Positions 12,621-24,581 of a stretch of 64,000 nucleotides of DNA are shown here, one piece after another (position 1 is the first letter of the stretch; every line of letters begins with the position of its first letter). The stretch is from positions 1,707,389 to 1,771,388 of the forward strand of contig BCKZ01000001.1 of assembly GCA_001600815.1 (NCBI GenBank). Reading direction: 5' to 3'. The translations under genes and the position numbers were made by a program. Below the pieces are notes generated by a model, which saw only the letters and a program-made list of their open reading frames with translations, was not told the origin of the DNA and made no database searches. The stretch is from Alloascoidea hylecoeti. Lineage: Eukaryota.

Positions 12621-13780
12621 ATTTTTATAATTGGTGGTTTAACAACATAAATTATTGATTCCAAAATTTTATGCTTGTGTTTCTTTTTTTTCTTTTTAAT
12701 TTTTCACTTTTTGTGGTTTAGATTGTGTTTTAATATTATTATAGTATAATGTTCAAATTTTATTTATTTAGTTTTGCTTTGAACTATCAAACATACTAGT
12801 ACTAGTTAAGGGATTGTACACCTCACAAGAATTGCAATTGTTATAATAAGCTGGATTGGCAATAATTAATACAAAATAAGTTTATCAGATATAGCTATTG
12901 ATTGTAATTACAAGGCGTATGTATAAGGGTGATAGTAAGATTCCGATGGATTTTGATGTTTTGACATTAAATTTGCAATTTTGATAAGCCCTTTCTAAAG
13001 TTAAGTCCAGTCTAAAGTTGTTTTCCCCACTCAATATTACCATATAAGCCAAAAGCGACTACTGAGTAGTAAGTACGTTATCAAACCTTAAAATAAAGAT
13101 ATAAAGTTGAGAGCAGTCTTATGATTCCACTAATCAATTATATCTCAGTCATATTTTGCACTACAGCATCAGTTATATCTTATAATGATGTCTTGATGTG
13201 AATTGGCTCTATTCCCCCAAAACGATTAATATTCCATTTCATATTTATGCACGATTTAGTGACCTCAATGTATTAAATGATTTAACTCGATATACCTATA
13301 TTATTTTTATATCTATCGATATTAATTGTTTGTTTAAGAAATAAGATTGATTCTGCTTTTGAGTGTAAATAATATATGACAATTGCAATTGCATAATACT
13401 ATTAGATTAACTTTTTTATAATCAACATTTTCCAGATGCAGAATCTTCTCCACCAACGTTAACATTGATATTTCATAACTGAAACATAAACTTTTACGAA
13501 CAGCTGATAATGGTGTCTGATAATGGCACCTAGTTCCAAAGATTGCTTAAAAACTATCTATATAATATTACTATGATTGCTATCTGAATATAAGCATATA
13601 ATTATAAATGGAATTAGTACTTGCAAACGAACTAATTTGTATTTAAAACGTAAACTTTACTTGTATTTGGCAGGATGATATTTATATATGTATATGGTTA
13701 ATAGAACTATTGCAATACTAGTGTATATGAATCTTTTACAATGTTCGTCATTTGATTGTTATTTTTTTCTTTAATGATCA

Positions 13781-14578
13781 TTAATCCTCGTTAGTGATGG
13801 GATTGCTTTCTTTAATATCATTCTTTTTGACCAATTCAACTAAAGCCCTGTTAGCACCTTCAACAATTGCAATGTGTTCAAGTACATGAACTCTATTTTC
13901 ATAAGACTCTAGAGTCTCCCCTTTAATCAAATCAAGTTCTTTTACAATCAATGGATCACCTTCATCAACCTCAACAATAACTTTATGAATCATGAGCCCA
14001 GCTTTAGTAATGGTACCATCCTGACCAGCTTGCCATGCTCTATCAATTGCATGTGTTCCAGCAAAAGCGCCAGGAAGAGCAGGGTGTAGGTTTATTATCG
14101 GTATATATTTTTCTGCCAATGGTGTTAGAAAACTTGGTGATAAAATGAGCATCCAACCAGCACAAACAATAAGGTCTGGTTTAGTATATGAAGATGTATT
14201 TTCCTTTATGTCGAGCTTCTCCAATCCCTTCTCAAGTGTCGAATCGTTTTGATCTTCCATTTTAGTACCTTGTGTCACTTCCTTAGGAGCACCTTCTAAT
14301 ATGATTTCTGCTAGGTCCTTATTGAATTTTTCCCTTGCTAATCGTCTACCTTCTTTATTTTCTTTAGGAATTCCTTTAAAGTACGTTTTTAGAGTATGAA
14401 CGTAACTTGGGATCCCAGCATTGGATGCTCTTATCAGACCATATGCTGACGGACTTGAAGAGATCACATATGAAATTTCAGCCGGCAATTTTCCATTTTT
14501 TGTAGCATCAATTAGAGCCTGTAGATTAGACCCTGATCCCGAGATTAAGACAAGAATTTTTGGTAATGGTGAAGACAT
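13781..14578 (-). CDS. ADE8: Phosphoribosylglycinamide formyltransferase
   Basis: VLISGSGSNLQAL, AGWMLIL, INLHPALPG and VDEG motifs. Confidence 0.95.
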   Translation of the reverse strand: MSSPLPKILVLISGSGSNLQALIDATKNGKLPAEISYVISSSPSAYGLIRASNAGIPSYVHTLKTYFKGIPKENKEGRRLAREKFNKDLAEIILEGAPKEVTQGTKMEDQNDSTLEKGLEKLDIKENTSSYTKPDLIVCAGWMLILSPSFLTPLAEKYIPIINLHPALPGAFAGTHAIDRAWQAGQDGTITKAGLMIHKVIVEVDEGDPLIVKELDLIKGETLESYENRVHVLEHIAIVEGANRALVELVKKNDIKESNPITNED

Positions 14579-14664
14579 TATTGAGGAAAATATGGAGGAA
14601 GCTTAAATTTAAAAAAGATTGAAATTTTCCAGGTATCTACACACGTGACATGAATATAAAACGG

Positions 14665-14820
14665 TTTCACTTAGGTTCGGCCATTCTGAATGCTATTTTC
14701 GGCCGCATTAGTACCAATGTGACTTGTTTAGATTTATAAGGAATCACTTCGGATGCGCGGGTGAAATTTTGTTATGTAAAATGACCGATAATTAGGTATA
14801 ATGGCCGAACTTAAGTGAAA
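14665..14820. mobile_element. MITE of the 'CACTTAA-TTCGGCCA' TIR family
   Basis: tttcacttaggttcggccatt (14665-14685) matches the reverse complement of aatggccgaacttaagtgaaa (14800-14820) at 20/21. A second cggcc/gaccg sub-repeat lies about 20 bp inside each end. Confidence 0.8.
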
Positions 14821-15193
14821 TAGCTATTGTACACCATCATAATTTATGACCATAATTACGTACTCTCTAATATAAATTTAATTACACCTCTATGACAAAT
14901 AAATATATAAGATCACTTCAGTCTCTGTTCTGTTTCGTAAATTGATATAGAAAGACAATTTTTAGATAGAAAAACTAACAACCAATCTGCAGCAAATTAA
15001 TATGTTTTAAATTATTAGTTTTAAACAAATAAATCAAAAAGAGTTCCCATACTAACATACATTAATACTGCGATTAGGTAGACAATATAAATCTTCCCAC
15101 AAAAATATTTCATTTCTATAGCAAATATACAAAATAAAACCTAGAGCAGAAAATCATCATTTAAATAATAAATATTTATAAATATAACTGTGT

Positions 15194-16671
15194 TTACAAT
15201 CTGCTAATGACTTGTTCAGTGAAATGTTGAGTTGAAGAAGTTCCCTTCAAGTCTCTGGTAATGTTTTCTTTACCAGATGCAATTGTGCTTAAAACAGCAT
15301 TCTCAATCTTATCACCATATTCATTCAAACCCATATGTCTCAACATCATAACTGATGATAAAAGTAAAGCAGTTGGGTTAGCCAGACCTTTACCAGCGAT
15401 ATCTGGAGCAGAACCATGGACAGCTTCAAAAATAGAAACTTCATCACCCATGTTTCCAGATGGAGTCAAACCAAGACCACCAATTAAACCAGATGATAAA
15501 TCAGACAAAATATCACCGTATAAATTTGGCATAACCATTACAATGTCCTTGTATGGAGTTGGGTCAGTAACGAGCTTCAAACAAGTATTATCAATAAGCT
15601 CAGTGTCTAAAGTGACATCTGGGTATTCTTCAGCGACTTCTTTGGCAGTTTGTAAGAATAAACCATCAGAAACTTTCATGATAGAAGCCTTGTGGACGAC
15701 CAAAACATGTGGTTTGTTGATTGATCTAGCGTATTCGTAGGCATATCTAATAACTCTCTCGGAAGCTTCACGGGTAATAAGTTTGATTGATTGAACAACA
15801 CCTGGAACAACGGTATGCTCAATACCAGAGTATTCACCTTCCGTATTTTCTCTAATCAAAACTGTATCAACGCCATCATAAGGAGTTTTGAAACCAACAA
15901 TGGATTTACATGGACGAACATTGGCAAATAAGTTAAATGTACGACGTAAGGTCAAATTTAAAGAGACGTGACCTTTTCCGATGGGAGTAGCTAAAGGACC
16001 TTTCAAAGCTACTAAATTTCTCTTGACGGAAGCAACAGCATCGGCTGGAATAGTTGTCTTACCATCAACGAGAATTGGAGTGACATCGACTGGTTCCCAT
16101 TCGATGGGGACTTTAGCAGCGGAATAAATATCCTTGACGGCTTTTGAAATTTCAATACCGATACCATCACCTTCAATCATAGTGACGGTGTAATTACCCT
16201 AATAGCAGCATGTTAGTATCCGATTTTCCAAAGAGAATAACAGTTGCCCATAAGACATCGAGATATATATTTTTAGGTTGTTCATTTTTCATTTTTCATT
16301 GTTTTCTAACATTTTTCAGCTTTTCATAAATTTTCATGACATGCTTTGTTTCCGAATCGGCAAAGCCAAAAAACCGCGGTACAAAAGAATAACCTTTCCA
16401 AATGAAAAACACCAAAAATAACAGAATATACTCACATTGGCATTTTTCTTTCCATTGAAACTAGCAACGGAAGTAGCATACGTTCGAGCCTATAAAAATT
16501 GAATATTGGTTAGAGACCCGGAGCTCGAAGAACAATAAACTGCCACAGATAATTGAATATTGAAAATTGGATATTTTGCGTGCACCGGCAATAAAACTCG
16601 GGGAAAACACATACTATGCTTAATCTTGGAGCCATGAGAGCAGAACGGGATAAAAATCTGGAAGACATCAT
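15194..16671 (-). CDS. IDH2: Mitochondrial NAD-dependent isocitrate dehydrogenase subunit 2; exons 16615-16671, 16436-16489, 15194-16198 (371 aa)
   Basis: [28 protein letters not shown] and [10 protein letters not shown] motifs. Introns 16490-16614 (GTATGT..CTAAC..TAG) and 16199-16435 (GTGAGT..TACTAAC..TAG) join in frame and give an Arg/Ser-rich presequence [26 protein letters not shown]. Confidence 0.95.
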
Positions 16672-16912
16672 TTTGGAAAGGTCCTTTTTCGGTTGAAATT
16701 ACGATGGTTGAAGAAGAAAGAAAAAAGTGTTTTTCCCGGAAGAAAGCCTGCATTTTATACAATACCTTAACTATAAACTTCTTTTCCGTATTTAGGAATT
16801 GAAAAATACAAATTTTTAAAAATTATATATTTATAAAAATATTACTATAGAAAACATACACATTGTTAAAAATCTGTATTATAATTATGATCAATGAGGG
16901 GTTGTGGGTTCT

Positions 16913-18172
16913 TTATTTATAGAAATCAAATTTATCTACATCTGATCCTGTTTTCACTTGACTTGTATACGCTTCCTCTAAGTCAGACTGTATAATAACA
17001 TATCGGTTCTTCCTCACAGCCCGCAGACCAGCTTCTTGCATAATTGCAGCAATGACAGCTCCCGATAGTGCATCATTTCTGACAATTAAAGAATCTAAAT
17101 CAACTTCTGGTGCTAAGGACATTTTTGAAGCAATCGTTGAAAAAATCAATCGTCGTTCTCTTCTATCACGCAATGATGGGAATTCAATTTTACGATCAAG
17201 ACGACCAGGACGTAATAAAGCTGGATCCAAGGTATCGGCTCTATTGGTTGCCATGATAACCTTAACATTTGAAGTTTGATCAAACCCATCCATTTGATTT
17301 AATAATTCCAATAAAATACGTTGAACTTCTCGATCAGCACCTGTTTGAGCATCAAAACGTTTTGTCGCAATAGCATCAATCTCATCAATGAAAATAATAG
17401 AAGGTGAATTTTCACGAGCTAACCTAAAGACATCTCTTACCATTCTTGGACCTTCACCGAGATATTTTTGAACAAACTCAGAACCAACAACCCTAATAAA
17501 AGAGGCCGTAGAACTATTTGCAACAGCTTTAACTAACATTGTTTTACCTGTACCAGGAGGTCCGTAAAGTAAAACCCCTCTTGGTGGATCAATACCAATT
17601 TGTTTATATAAATCAGCTTGTGTTAATGGTAATTCAACAGCTTCTCTAATCTCCTGTTTTTGCATATCAAGACCACCAACATCGGCATATGAAACATCAG
17701 GTTTTTCATCAGAGCCCAAAATAGCAATACTTGAGTCAGCCTCAGGTGGTAATATATCAACCAAGGCATTTGAATGTCTATGTAAAGCAACAGAAGATGA
17801 AGGTTTCAACAATTCTCTATCCAACGTCGACAAAATCCTAACAACATAATTAGAACCAGTAGTAGAAGACACAATTCCAGTATGTTGGTCAATAGGTTCC
17901 AAAAATTGACCAATTACTAATGGAACAGATTGAATTCGCTTAACTTCTTCTTGTGCACGAACCAATTCTCTTTTCAAGTGGCGTTGTTCATCTTTAATAT
18001 AATCCTCTTGTAATTCCAATAACTCTAAATCTCGCTCCAATTTTTTCAGTCTTGCGTATAAATCCGCTGGACTAGAAGATGAACCATTGGCATGTTTGAC
18101 AAATGGCTTGATGTTGTTGTTGGATGGCTTGGTAAGCTTTGGTTCCGATGGAGCAATACCTAGTTCTTCCAT
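16913..18172 (-). CDS. RPT3: 26S proteasome AAA-ATPase Rpt3
   Basis: MEELGI N-terminus, GPPGTGKT Walker A, FIDEID Walker B, C-terminal HbYX-type DFYK. Confidence 0.96.
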   Translation of the reverse strand: MEELGIAPSEPKLTKPSNNNIKPFVKHANGSSSSPADLYARLKKLERDLELLELQEDYIKDEQRHLKRELVRAQEEVKRIQSVPLVIGQFLEPIDQHTGIVSSTTGSNYVVRILSTLDRELLKPSSSVALHRHSNALVDILPPEADSSIAILGSDEKPDVSYADVGGLDMQKQEIREAVELPLTQADLYKQIGIDPPRGVLLYGPPGTGKTMLVKAVANSSTASFIRVVGSEFVQKYLGEGPRMVRDVFRLARENSPSIIFIDEIDAIATKRFDAQTGADREVQRILLELLNQMDGFDQTSNVKVIMATNRADTLDPALLRPGRLDRKIEFPSLRDRRERRLIFSTIASKMSLAPEVDLDSLIVRNDALSGAVIAAIMQEAGLRAVRKNRYVIIQSDLEEAYTSQVKTGSDVDKFDFYK

Positions 18173-18412
18173 TATGTGTCCCTGTTGATATTTTTACTTT
18201 CGGTGTTGATATTTTATACTCCTTCCAGATGGAATAATGATTCTGTCAAATAATCGGATATAGTTGATTTTCTGTCCAGAAATGATTATGGAGGGAGGAT
18301 GGGACGAAAACAGAGATTTGTTGGAGTGAAAAGTAAAGGTGGAAATTTAAAGAGGTAAAGGTGTAACCTTCTTTCACAGAACACAAAATACCAACGATCA
18401 TAAATTAGAGTA

Positions 18413-19239
18413 ATGCCTCCAGCCCAACCTCAACAAGCACAAATTTTACTGCCTCAGACGGAGGATCTGACGGTTCTTCTTGGGCTCGTGGATCAGCTGT
18501 CTGATCTTCTCCAGGAAAACAGGGAAATCAAAGATAGAATCATGCGAACCATAGACGATATTGATGATGATTGCACAGAGGTGGAAGATAACGACGAGTC
18601 TTTTGAAGATATCGAAATAACGGAAAGTAAGAGTCCCGATCAAGGTTCAATTCAAGCAACAAAAAGCAACGACAGTCCAAGGAGGGATCCTCATGTTGTG
18701 GAACTGCTTGAACAGAGACAGAAACTGGCACATAGTATAAAAGTACAGGCACGGCAGAATTCAGCTACGTTCGCCTTGATAAAATTATATATCGCTGCCA
18801 TTGAGAAATGTTTAAATGGAATAAGGACAATTATTGTACGTCTTGCTTTTGCGAATGATTATTGAATACAAAAAATATTAACATTTTGTAATAGATCAAC
18901 CGAGTGCACGACTTTCTTCAGTTACACAAATCATACTTTGAGAAGCTTCAACGGAAACAGCTGATATTCCAGACTGAATATGACAGTTATATAGGATTGG
19001 AGATGAAGTTACTACAAATTTCCCAACTTCTGAGGACAGCGTACAAAGCTTTGATTCTCGACAAGGATGAAACTCTAGCAGGAGTCAATAATCACAACGT
19101 TAACGATAAGAGGACGCCTCCGATTGTTCAAAAAGTATCGAAGACTGGAAATCTAGATAAATTTAGTGCTGATTATTTATCGGCAGAACTGCTTACTATT
19201 CATGATTATCTCCAGGCAGTGAGTAAAATGAGTCCGTAA
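18413..19239 (+). CDS. FAR7: Far7-like coiled-coil subunit of the FAR/STRIPAK complex; exons 18413-18835, 18895-19239 (255 aa)
   Basis: A 59-nt intron GTACGT..ATTAAC..TAG joins two ORFs in frame. The N-terminus PQTEDLTVLLGLVDQLSDLLQENREIKDRIMRTID resembles S. cerevisiae Far7 PQAENLNHMYLLVNKLVIQLRENQAEKAKILRNID, as recalled. Confidence 0.65.
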
Positions 19240-19420
19240 AGTACACATTTATCATAAGAGTATATATTTAAGTAAATTTAAATGTATCGATTAATAAAGA
19301 ATAGTGAAAAACAGTAATAAACTCCTTCACTTGAGCCTATTGTTATAGCCACGTGCACTGGGAAAGTAGACAAACCTCCCAGATAATCAAATCACCAAAA
19401 GTATAATCGCTTTTCAGACG

Positions 19421-22400
19421 ATGGACAACGCAATCCTACTTTCTGCGTTCACCGACACCTTAAACCCGAACCCAAACATCCGTAAACAGGCGGAGTCTGA
19501 TATTGACAAGGCTTCTGTTCAAGAGGGGTTCGCTGCTGGATGTCTTCAGCTAACAGTTTACTCAAAGGCATCTGTTGCAGTTCGTCAATCTGCCGCTATC
19601 TTTTTAAAAAACAGAATAGTGCATCATTGGTCACCATCCTTCTTAGGAAATGATGCTACAAAAGATCCAGCTCCAATATATATAATTTCTGATAATGAAA
19701 AAGAAATCATCCGGAGTAGAATCGTGGGAATGATCGTGTCATCTCCCGACGGGATTAGGTCTCATTTGATTTTGGCTTTACGGTTTATTATACAAAGTGA
19801 TTATCCCAATCAATGGCTTAATCTTACCAATGACACAATTGCATTACTAACAACTGCCAATGAAAAGTCTGTCTTTGGAGGTCTCATATGTTTATATGAA
19901 ATCACAAAATATTATAGATGGACTCTTGGATCAGCAAGAGGTTTCTTACACAAAATCGTGGATGAAACATTCCCATTGTTGATACGATATGGCAATGAAA
20001 TGATCGATTCAGGTACGGATAGTTCAACAACTGCAGAATTATTACGACTGATCCTAAAAATATTCAAGTTTGTGACGTATAACGAGTTACCACCTTATTT
20101 CCAGACAACATCGCATATTACAGCATGGGCCAACCTACACCTTCACACTATCCAAAAACCCCTACCTTCCGAAGTCCTAAGTATACCAGAGGAGGACAGA
20201 GAAGAGCATCCTTGGTTAAAATGCAAAAAATGGGCCTATGCCAATCTTGCTAGACTTCAAATGAAATATGGTGGTGGTGTTTTAACCCAAAATGACACGA
20301 AAAAAAATAGTCAGTTTTATTTATTATTCCCTTCAACCTATGTTCCTGAAATTCTAAACGTTTATTGGGGTGAAATAAGTAAGTGGAGAAGCAATGAAAT
20401 ATGGTTGAGTAATCCTTCGTTATACCATTTGGTTTCATTATTAGAACAATGTATTGGAAATAAAGTAACATGGGCTTTAGTATTACCTCAAATAAATACC
20501 ATAATATCTCAAATTATATTTCCACTTTTTAAACTAACAAGTGATGATTTGGAATTATTTGAAAATGAACCAGATGAATATGTTAGAATTAAATTCGACC
20601 CATATGAAGAAGGTACAAGTCCTGACTTGGCAGCTTCTAGCTTTTTATCAACTGTTGTTGAAAAACGAAAGAAAGCAGTACTAAATGATATATTACAATT
20701 TGTTAATACTGTTCTATTAACCTACTCAAATGAAAAAGACAATGGTAATAATACTCAGAAATTGAATATAGCCAAAGATAAAGATGCTGCATTAAGAATA
20801 ATGGGATTAATATCGGTTATCTTAACTCGTCAAAATAGTCCATTCTTTGATGTTACTGAACAATTCCTTGAACAATTTGTTATTCCTGATCTTAATACGG
20901 GACCAATGTTCTTAAGAGCCAGAGCATGCGATACAATTTCAAAATTCATGAATATTAGGTTTAAGAATAGAGCTAATATTTCAGCAGCATGTACTGGAGT
21001 ACTACAATGTTTAACTGATGCAAATGGCAATTTACCTGTTCAAGTTGAAGCAGCTTTAGCATTACCTGCACTAATTAAAAACGAATATACTTATCCTTCA
21101 ATTGGTGCATTGGTTCCACAAATTGTTAAAAAACTTTTAGATTTATCAAATTCAATTGATTTAGATACCTTAGCGATGGTTATTGAAGAATTTGTTGATG
21201 TTTTTTCAACTCAATTGACTCCATTTGCAGCAGATTTAGGTCAACAACTTAGTGATCAATTTATTAGAATAATGTCCGAACTTTTAACAAAATTGAATGA
21301 TGCCCCTGATGATATTGAGGAAATTGCAGATTTAGGTGAAGCTGATAAAGAATTGGCTGCTGCTAGTGTTTTAAATGCTATCATAACAATGTCTGTTACA
21401 ATGGATACTTCAGTTGAACTTTCTTTAAAATTAGAAGAGTATTTTGCACCAGTAATGATTATTGTTTTGAAAAATGGAGCTGTTGAATATTTAAGTGAAA
21501 CTCTAGGATTATTAGAAGGAACTATTTTAGCTTCTAAACAAGTTTCCTCTAGAATGTGGAATGTTTTCCATGTTGCTTTGAAAGCTGTTATTGAATGGGC
21601 ATGGGATTTTTTATTAGAATTCTTACCTATTTTTGAAAATGTTTTAATATATGGAGCAAATGATTTAAGAAATAATCCTGATTTAGTTCGAGAATTTTAT
21701 CAGTTTATTGAGTTTGCAACAAGAAATGATCAAGATACATTTGAAGATAGTTATTTTTTAACATGTCAACTTACACAATTTTTCATAATATCATTGGGAG
21801 ATGCTAGTGGTTCATTTATTACTGATATTTTAACGCGAGTAATCAAGCAGTACTCGATTTTGACCGCAAAGGATAATACCGATGAATCAAAGCCAAATGA
21901 AGTACACTTGGTAGTTTCAGTTGTTGAAACATGTTTAGCTGTGATTCAATATCGACCAAAAGATGGGTTACATTTTTTACAACATATTAATTTCTTGACA
22001 CCATTTTTTGAAATTTGGTTTAATAATTTCGATTCTTTCAAAAGAGTTTATGATTTGAAGTTAGAAGCAATGGCCTTAACCATCATTGTTTCATTATCTG
22101 AAAATGATATGCCACCTGGATTACGCGATGTACTGCCTCAATTGTTCTCACGTTTAGTGACTGTTCTTTCAAGACTTCCAACAGCAATTTTTACAAGAGA
22201 AGAAACTGCTAGAAAAGAAGATGAATCCGCTAGGAATAGTGGCTTATCGGACTCTTATCAACAACCAAAATCAACACAAATTGATGCAGAAGGCTGGGAT
22301 GTTAATGATGCAAATGATGATGAAGATGTTGAAGAAACAACAAATTTTACTGGTTTAGATTATTATGGCAATGATTCCTATTATTCAGAGGTAGATGCTG

Positions 22401-22597
22401 AGCAATTATCGGAAAACACTCTACAAGAAACACCATTGGATAACATTGGAATTTTTAATATCTTCAAGGCAGCTATTGTTGATTTTAAAATGAATAATAA
22501 TGAAAGATATACATGGTTAACTTCTAGCTTAACAGCAGAAGAGATGAATGTTGTATCTTCAGCAATTGAATTAGTTGAAACTCAAAATCATCATTAA
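19421..22597 (+). CDS. Importin-beta family karyopherin, importin-7/8 type (Sxm1/Nmd5)
   Basis: IBN_N domain (VRQSAAIFLKNRI), WLKCKKWAYANL, FLRARAC, HEAT-like repeats and an acidic C-terminal loop; 1058 aa. Confidence 0.9.
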   Translation: MDNAILLSAFTDTLNPNPNIRKQAESDIDKASVQEGFAAGCLQLTVYSKASVAVRQSAAIFLKNRIVHHWSPSFLGNDATKDPAPIYIISDNEKEIIRSRIVGMIVSSPDGIRSHLILALRFIIQSDYPNQWLNLTNDTIALLTTANEKSVFGGLICLYEITKYYRWTLGSARGFLHKIVDETFPLLIRYGNEMIDSGTDSSTTAELLRLILKIFKFVTYNELPPYFQTTSHITAWANLHLHTIQKPLPSEVLSIPEEDREEHPWLKCKKWAYANLARLQMKYGGGVLTQNDTKKNSQFYLLFPSTYVPEILNVYWGEISKWRSNEIWLSNPSLYHLVSLLEQCIGNKVTWALVLPQINTIISQIIFPLFKLTSDDLELFENEPDEYVRIKFDPYEEGTSPDLAASSFLSTVVEKRKKAVLNDILQFVNTVLLTYSNEKDNGNNTQKLNIAKDKDAALRIMGLISVILTRQNSPFFDVTEQFLEQFVIPDLNTGPMFLRARACDTISKFMNIRFKNRANISAACTGVLQCLTDANGNLPVQVEAALALPALIKNEYTYPSIGALVPQIVKKLLDLSNSIDLDTLAMVIEEFVDVFSTQLTPFAADLGQQLSDQFIRIMSELLTKLNDAPDDIEEIADLGEADKELAAASVLNAIITMSVTMDTSVELSLKLEEYFAPVMIIVLKNGAVEYLSETLGLLEGTILASKQVSSRMWNVFHVALKAVIEWAWDFLLEFLPIFENVLIYGANDLRNNPDLVREFYQFIEFATRNDQDTFEDSYFLTCQLTQFFIISLGDASGSFITDILTRVIKQYSILTAKDNTDESKPNEVHLVVSVVETCLAVIQYRPKDGLHFLQHINFLTPFFEIWFNNFDSFKRVYDLKLEAMALTIIVSLSENDMPPGLRDVLPQLFSRLVTVLSRLPTAIFTREETARKEDESARNSGLSDSYQQPKSTQIDAEGWDVNDANDDEDVEETTNFTGLDYYGNDSYYSEVDAEQLSENTLQETPLDNIGIFNIFKAAIVDFKMNNNERYTWLTSSLTAEEMNVVSSAIELVETQNHH

Positions 22598-22870
22598 AAA
22601 AAAAAAATGCACAACACTAATATTAATATTAATATTAATATTTAAATTTGTATCTTTGACATTAAACATTGACTTTATTAATTATACTCGAGCAGTTTCT
22701 TTTAAATAATAGTATAATTAAGTGATAATTTATCAGATATTCCTTTTCAGTACGTTAAGTGTGGAAAATCTATCGAAGAGAATTCCAAATACAAATACTC
22801 CAGTAGTATACATTGAAATATATTCCTTCTTTCTAGTCCAAAAAGTAAAACATTGTCGATAATATATCAA

Positions 22871-23416
22871 CTAACTACTCATATTCTCGGAAACATCAGA
22901 ACTCACGGAAGACGAAGTTGCACTCTGATGACTTAACCTTGACTTCGCTTGACCAAATAGTTTTTGTTGAGTCTTAATCAATTCTTCTTCGGATAACCCA
23001 GAATTTTGTAGTTTTTTACTTTTCTTATCCCGTCCCTTTCGATGTAATTTATGATCTTCTAAAACTTGTTGAATAAGGCCTATATAATCATTGAATCCCA
23101 GGGCCTCAATTGCTTTAATAACATGTTCAGATCCAATAGTCTTTTTGGAATTTTGTTCCGCTATATCATTGGATTCTGTGGCAACAATCATGATGAATTC
23201 CACGCAACATTGTATTAAAGCTTCCCTAGCTTCTTTGGAAAATACAATATCCGAAGGAAGAATTTCATTTAGAATTTTTTGAACAGTAGCTAAAGATAGG
23301 TCAGAAATTGAAACTGTCGGAAGATATCATCAGATATGCTGAGATGACGGGAACGTACCTTTAGGGAGGGATAAATCTCCTGCCAGCAATTCAGCAGATG
23401 AACCGAATTCTGACAT
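22871..23416 (-). CDS. NCB2: NC2 beta subunit (Dr1); exons 23359-23416, 22871-23289 (158 aa)
   Basis: Splicing the 69-nt intron (GTACGT..CTGAC..TAG) restores DLSLPKATVQKI. Histone-fold motif KKTIGSEHVIKA; EEELIKTQQKLF. Confidence 0.93.
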
Positions 23417-23697
23417 GAGACAAAATTTGTAATATTCCAGCTATATTTGAAGATTTTTTCCAACTTTTATGTTAACCTGTAAGATTTATGAGTTATGAAA
23501 AGATAAGCCTCGGGAAGTTGTCTAATAATGTGTAGAAGCTTGAATTTATCATTTGTAAGAAAAAGGAGAAAAATGCAGAATAAGTTGCCATTATATAGAC
23601 AAGTGGAGTATTTGGTGTGATATTCTCAATGTATCCGGGTAAATATCTTGAGATCTTTGAATTTTTACTCTCTTCTTGGAAAAATCAAATAAATCTA

Positions 23698-24324
23698 ATG
23701 TCTCAACATATCGGAAGAGTATGTCAGTTTTATAGCCCAATTTTTATCTCTTGATTGTTGCTAATATGGTTTTTAGACCTCTTTAGCGTTCGCTAGGGTT
23801 TGGCACCATGTGGACGTTGCTGCTGATGAACGAACTCTTGGTCGATTGGCTTCCAGTATCGCTACCGCTTTAATGGGAAAACACAAGCCAATTTATGAGA
23901 AATCTAGTAAGTTTTTATTCTTGTATTTAAATCCTTTATATATGCTAATATCTGTATAATAGTGGATTGTGGAGATTACGTTGTCGTTACGAATTGCTCT
24001 CACATTAATGTTACTGGTAAAAAAATGGAGCAAAAAACTTATTGGAGACATTCAGGAAAGCCAGGTAATTTAAAACTCACAAATATGGAAACTTTAATAG
24101 CTCAAAAGGGTGCTAAAGAAGTTGTGCGGAAGGCTGTTTCCGGTATGCTACCGAGGAACAAGCTTAGAAAATGGAGATTAGCAAGATTAAAGCTTTTTGA
24201 TGGATCTGATCATCCATATAAACAAAATTTGATTGCTTTTCATGATGAACAACCAATAGTAAAAGATAAAATAAAGAGAATAGAAGCTAAAAAGGCGCAA
24301 GGTTTTGTTGATTCTGTTGATTAA
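23698..24324 (+). CDS. MRPL23: Mitochondrial ribosomal protein uL13m; exons 23698-23718, 23777-23906, 23963-24324 (170 aa)
   Basis: The spliced product reads [61 protein letters not shown]. Both introns are GT-AG with GCTAAT branch points. Confidence 0.93.
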
Positions 24325-24581
24325 TTATTATTAATCACCTAATCTTCATAGGTATACAATTGTAAATACAAGATATAATCCTATTATGTATATAATTATG
24401 GTGAACATAGAATGGAATAAAGTACTAGTCTTTTAATCATGAAGATAAAACATAATTTTTATGTATTAAAAATTTACTGTACATATTAATATTAATATTA
24501 ATTCATTTATATTTGCTATACTAGATAACTTGTGTATCGTAAACTTTTCTTTTCTTTTTGGTTCCTCCTTCTTACTATGTT

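Noticed and set aside
14176..14270. In-frame intron explaining the roughly 35-aa insertion in Ade8
   Set aside because: Donor GTACTA and branch TACTAAA are non-consensus and the ORF is open, so it is probably a loop insertion.
15261..15740. Antisense or overlapping ORFs (also 26170-26556, 31168-31707, 57203-57514, 59675-60025)
   Set aside because: Shadows of the real genes' codon bias or of GC-rich sequence, with no recognisable motifs.
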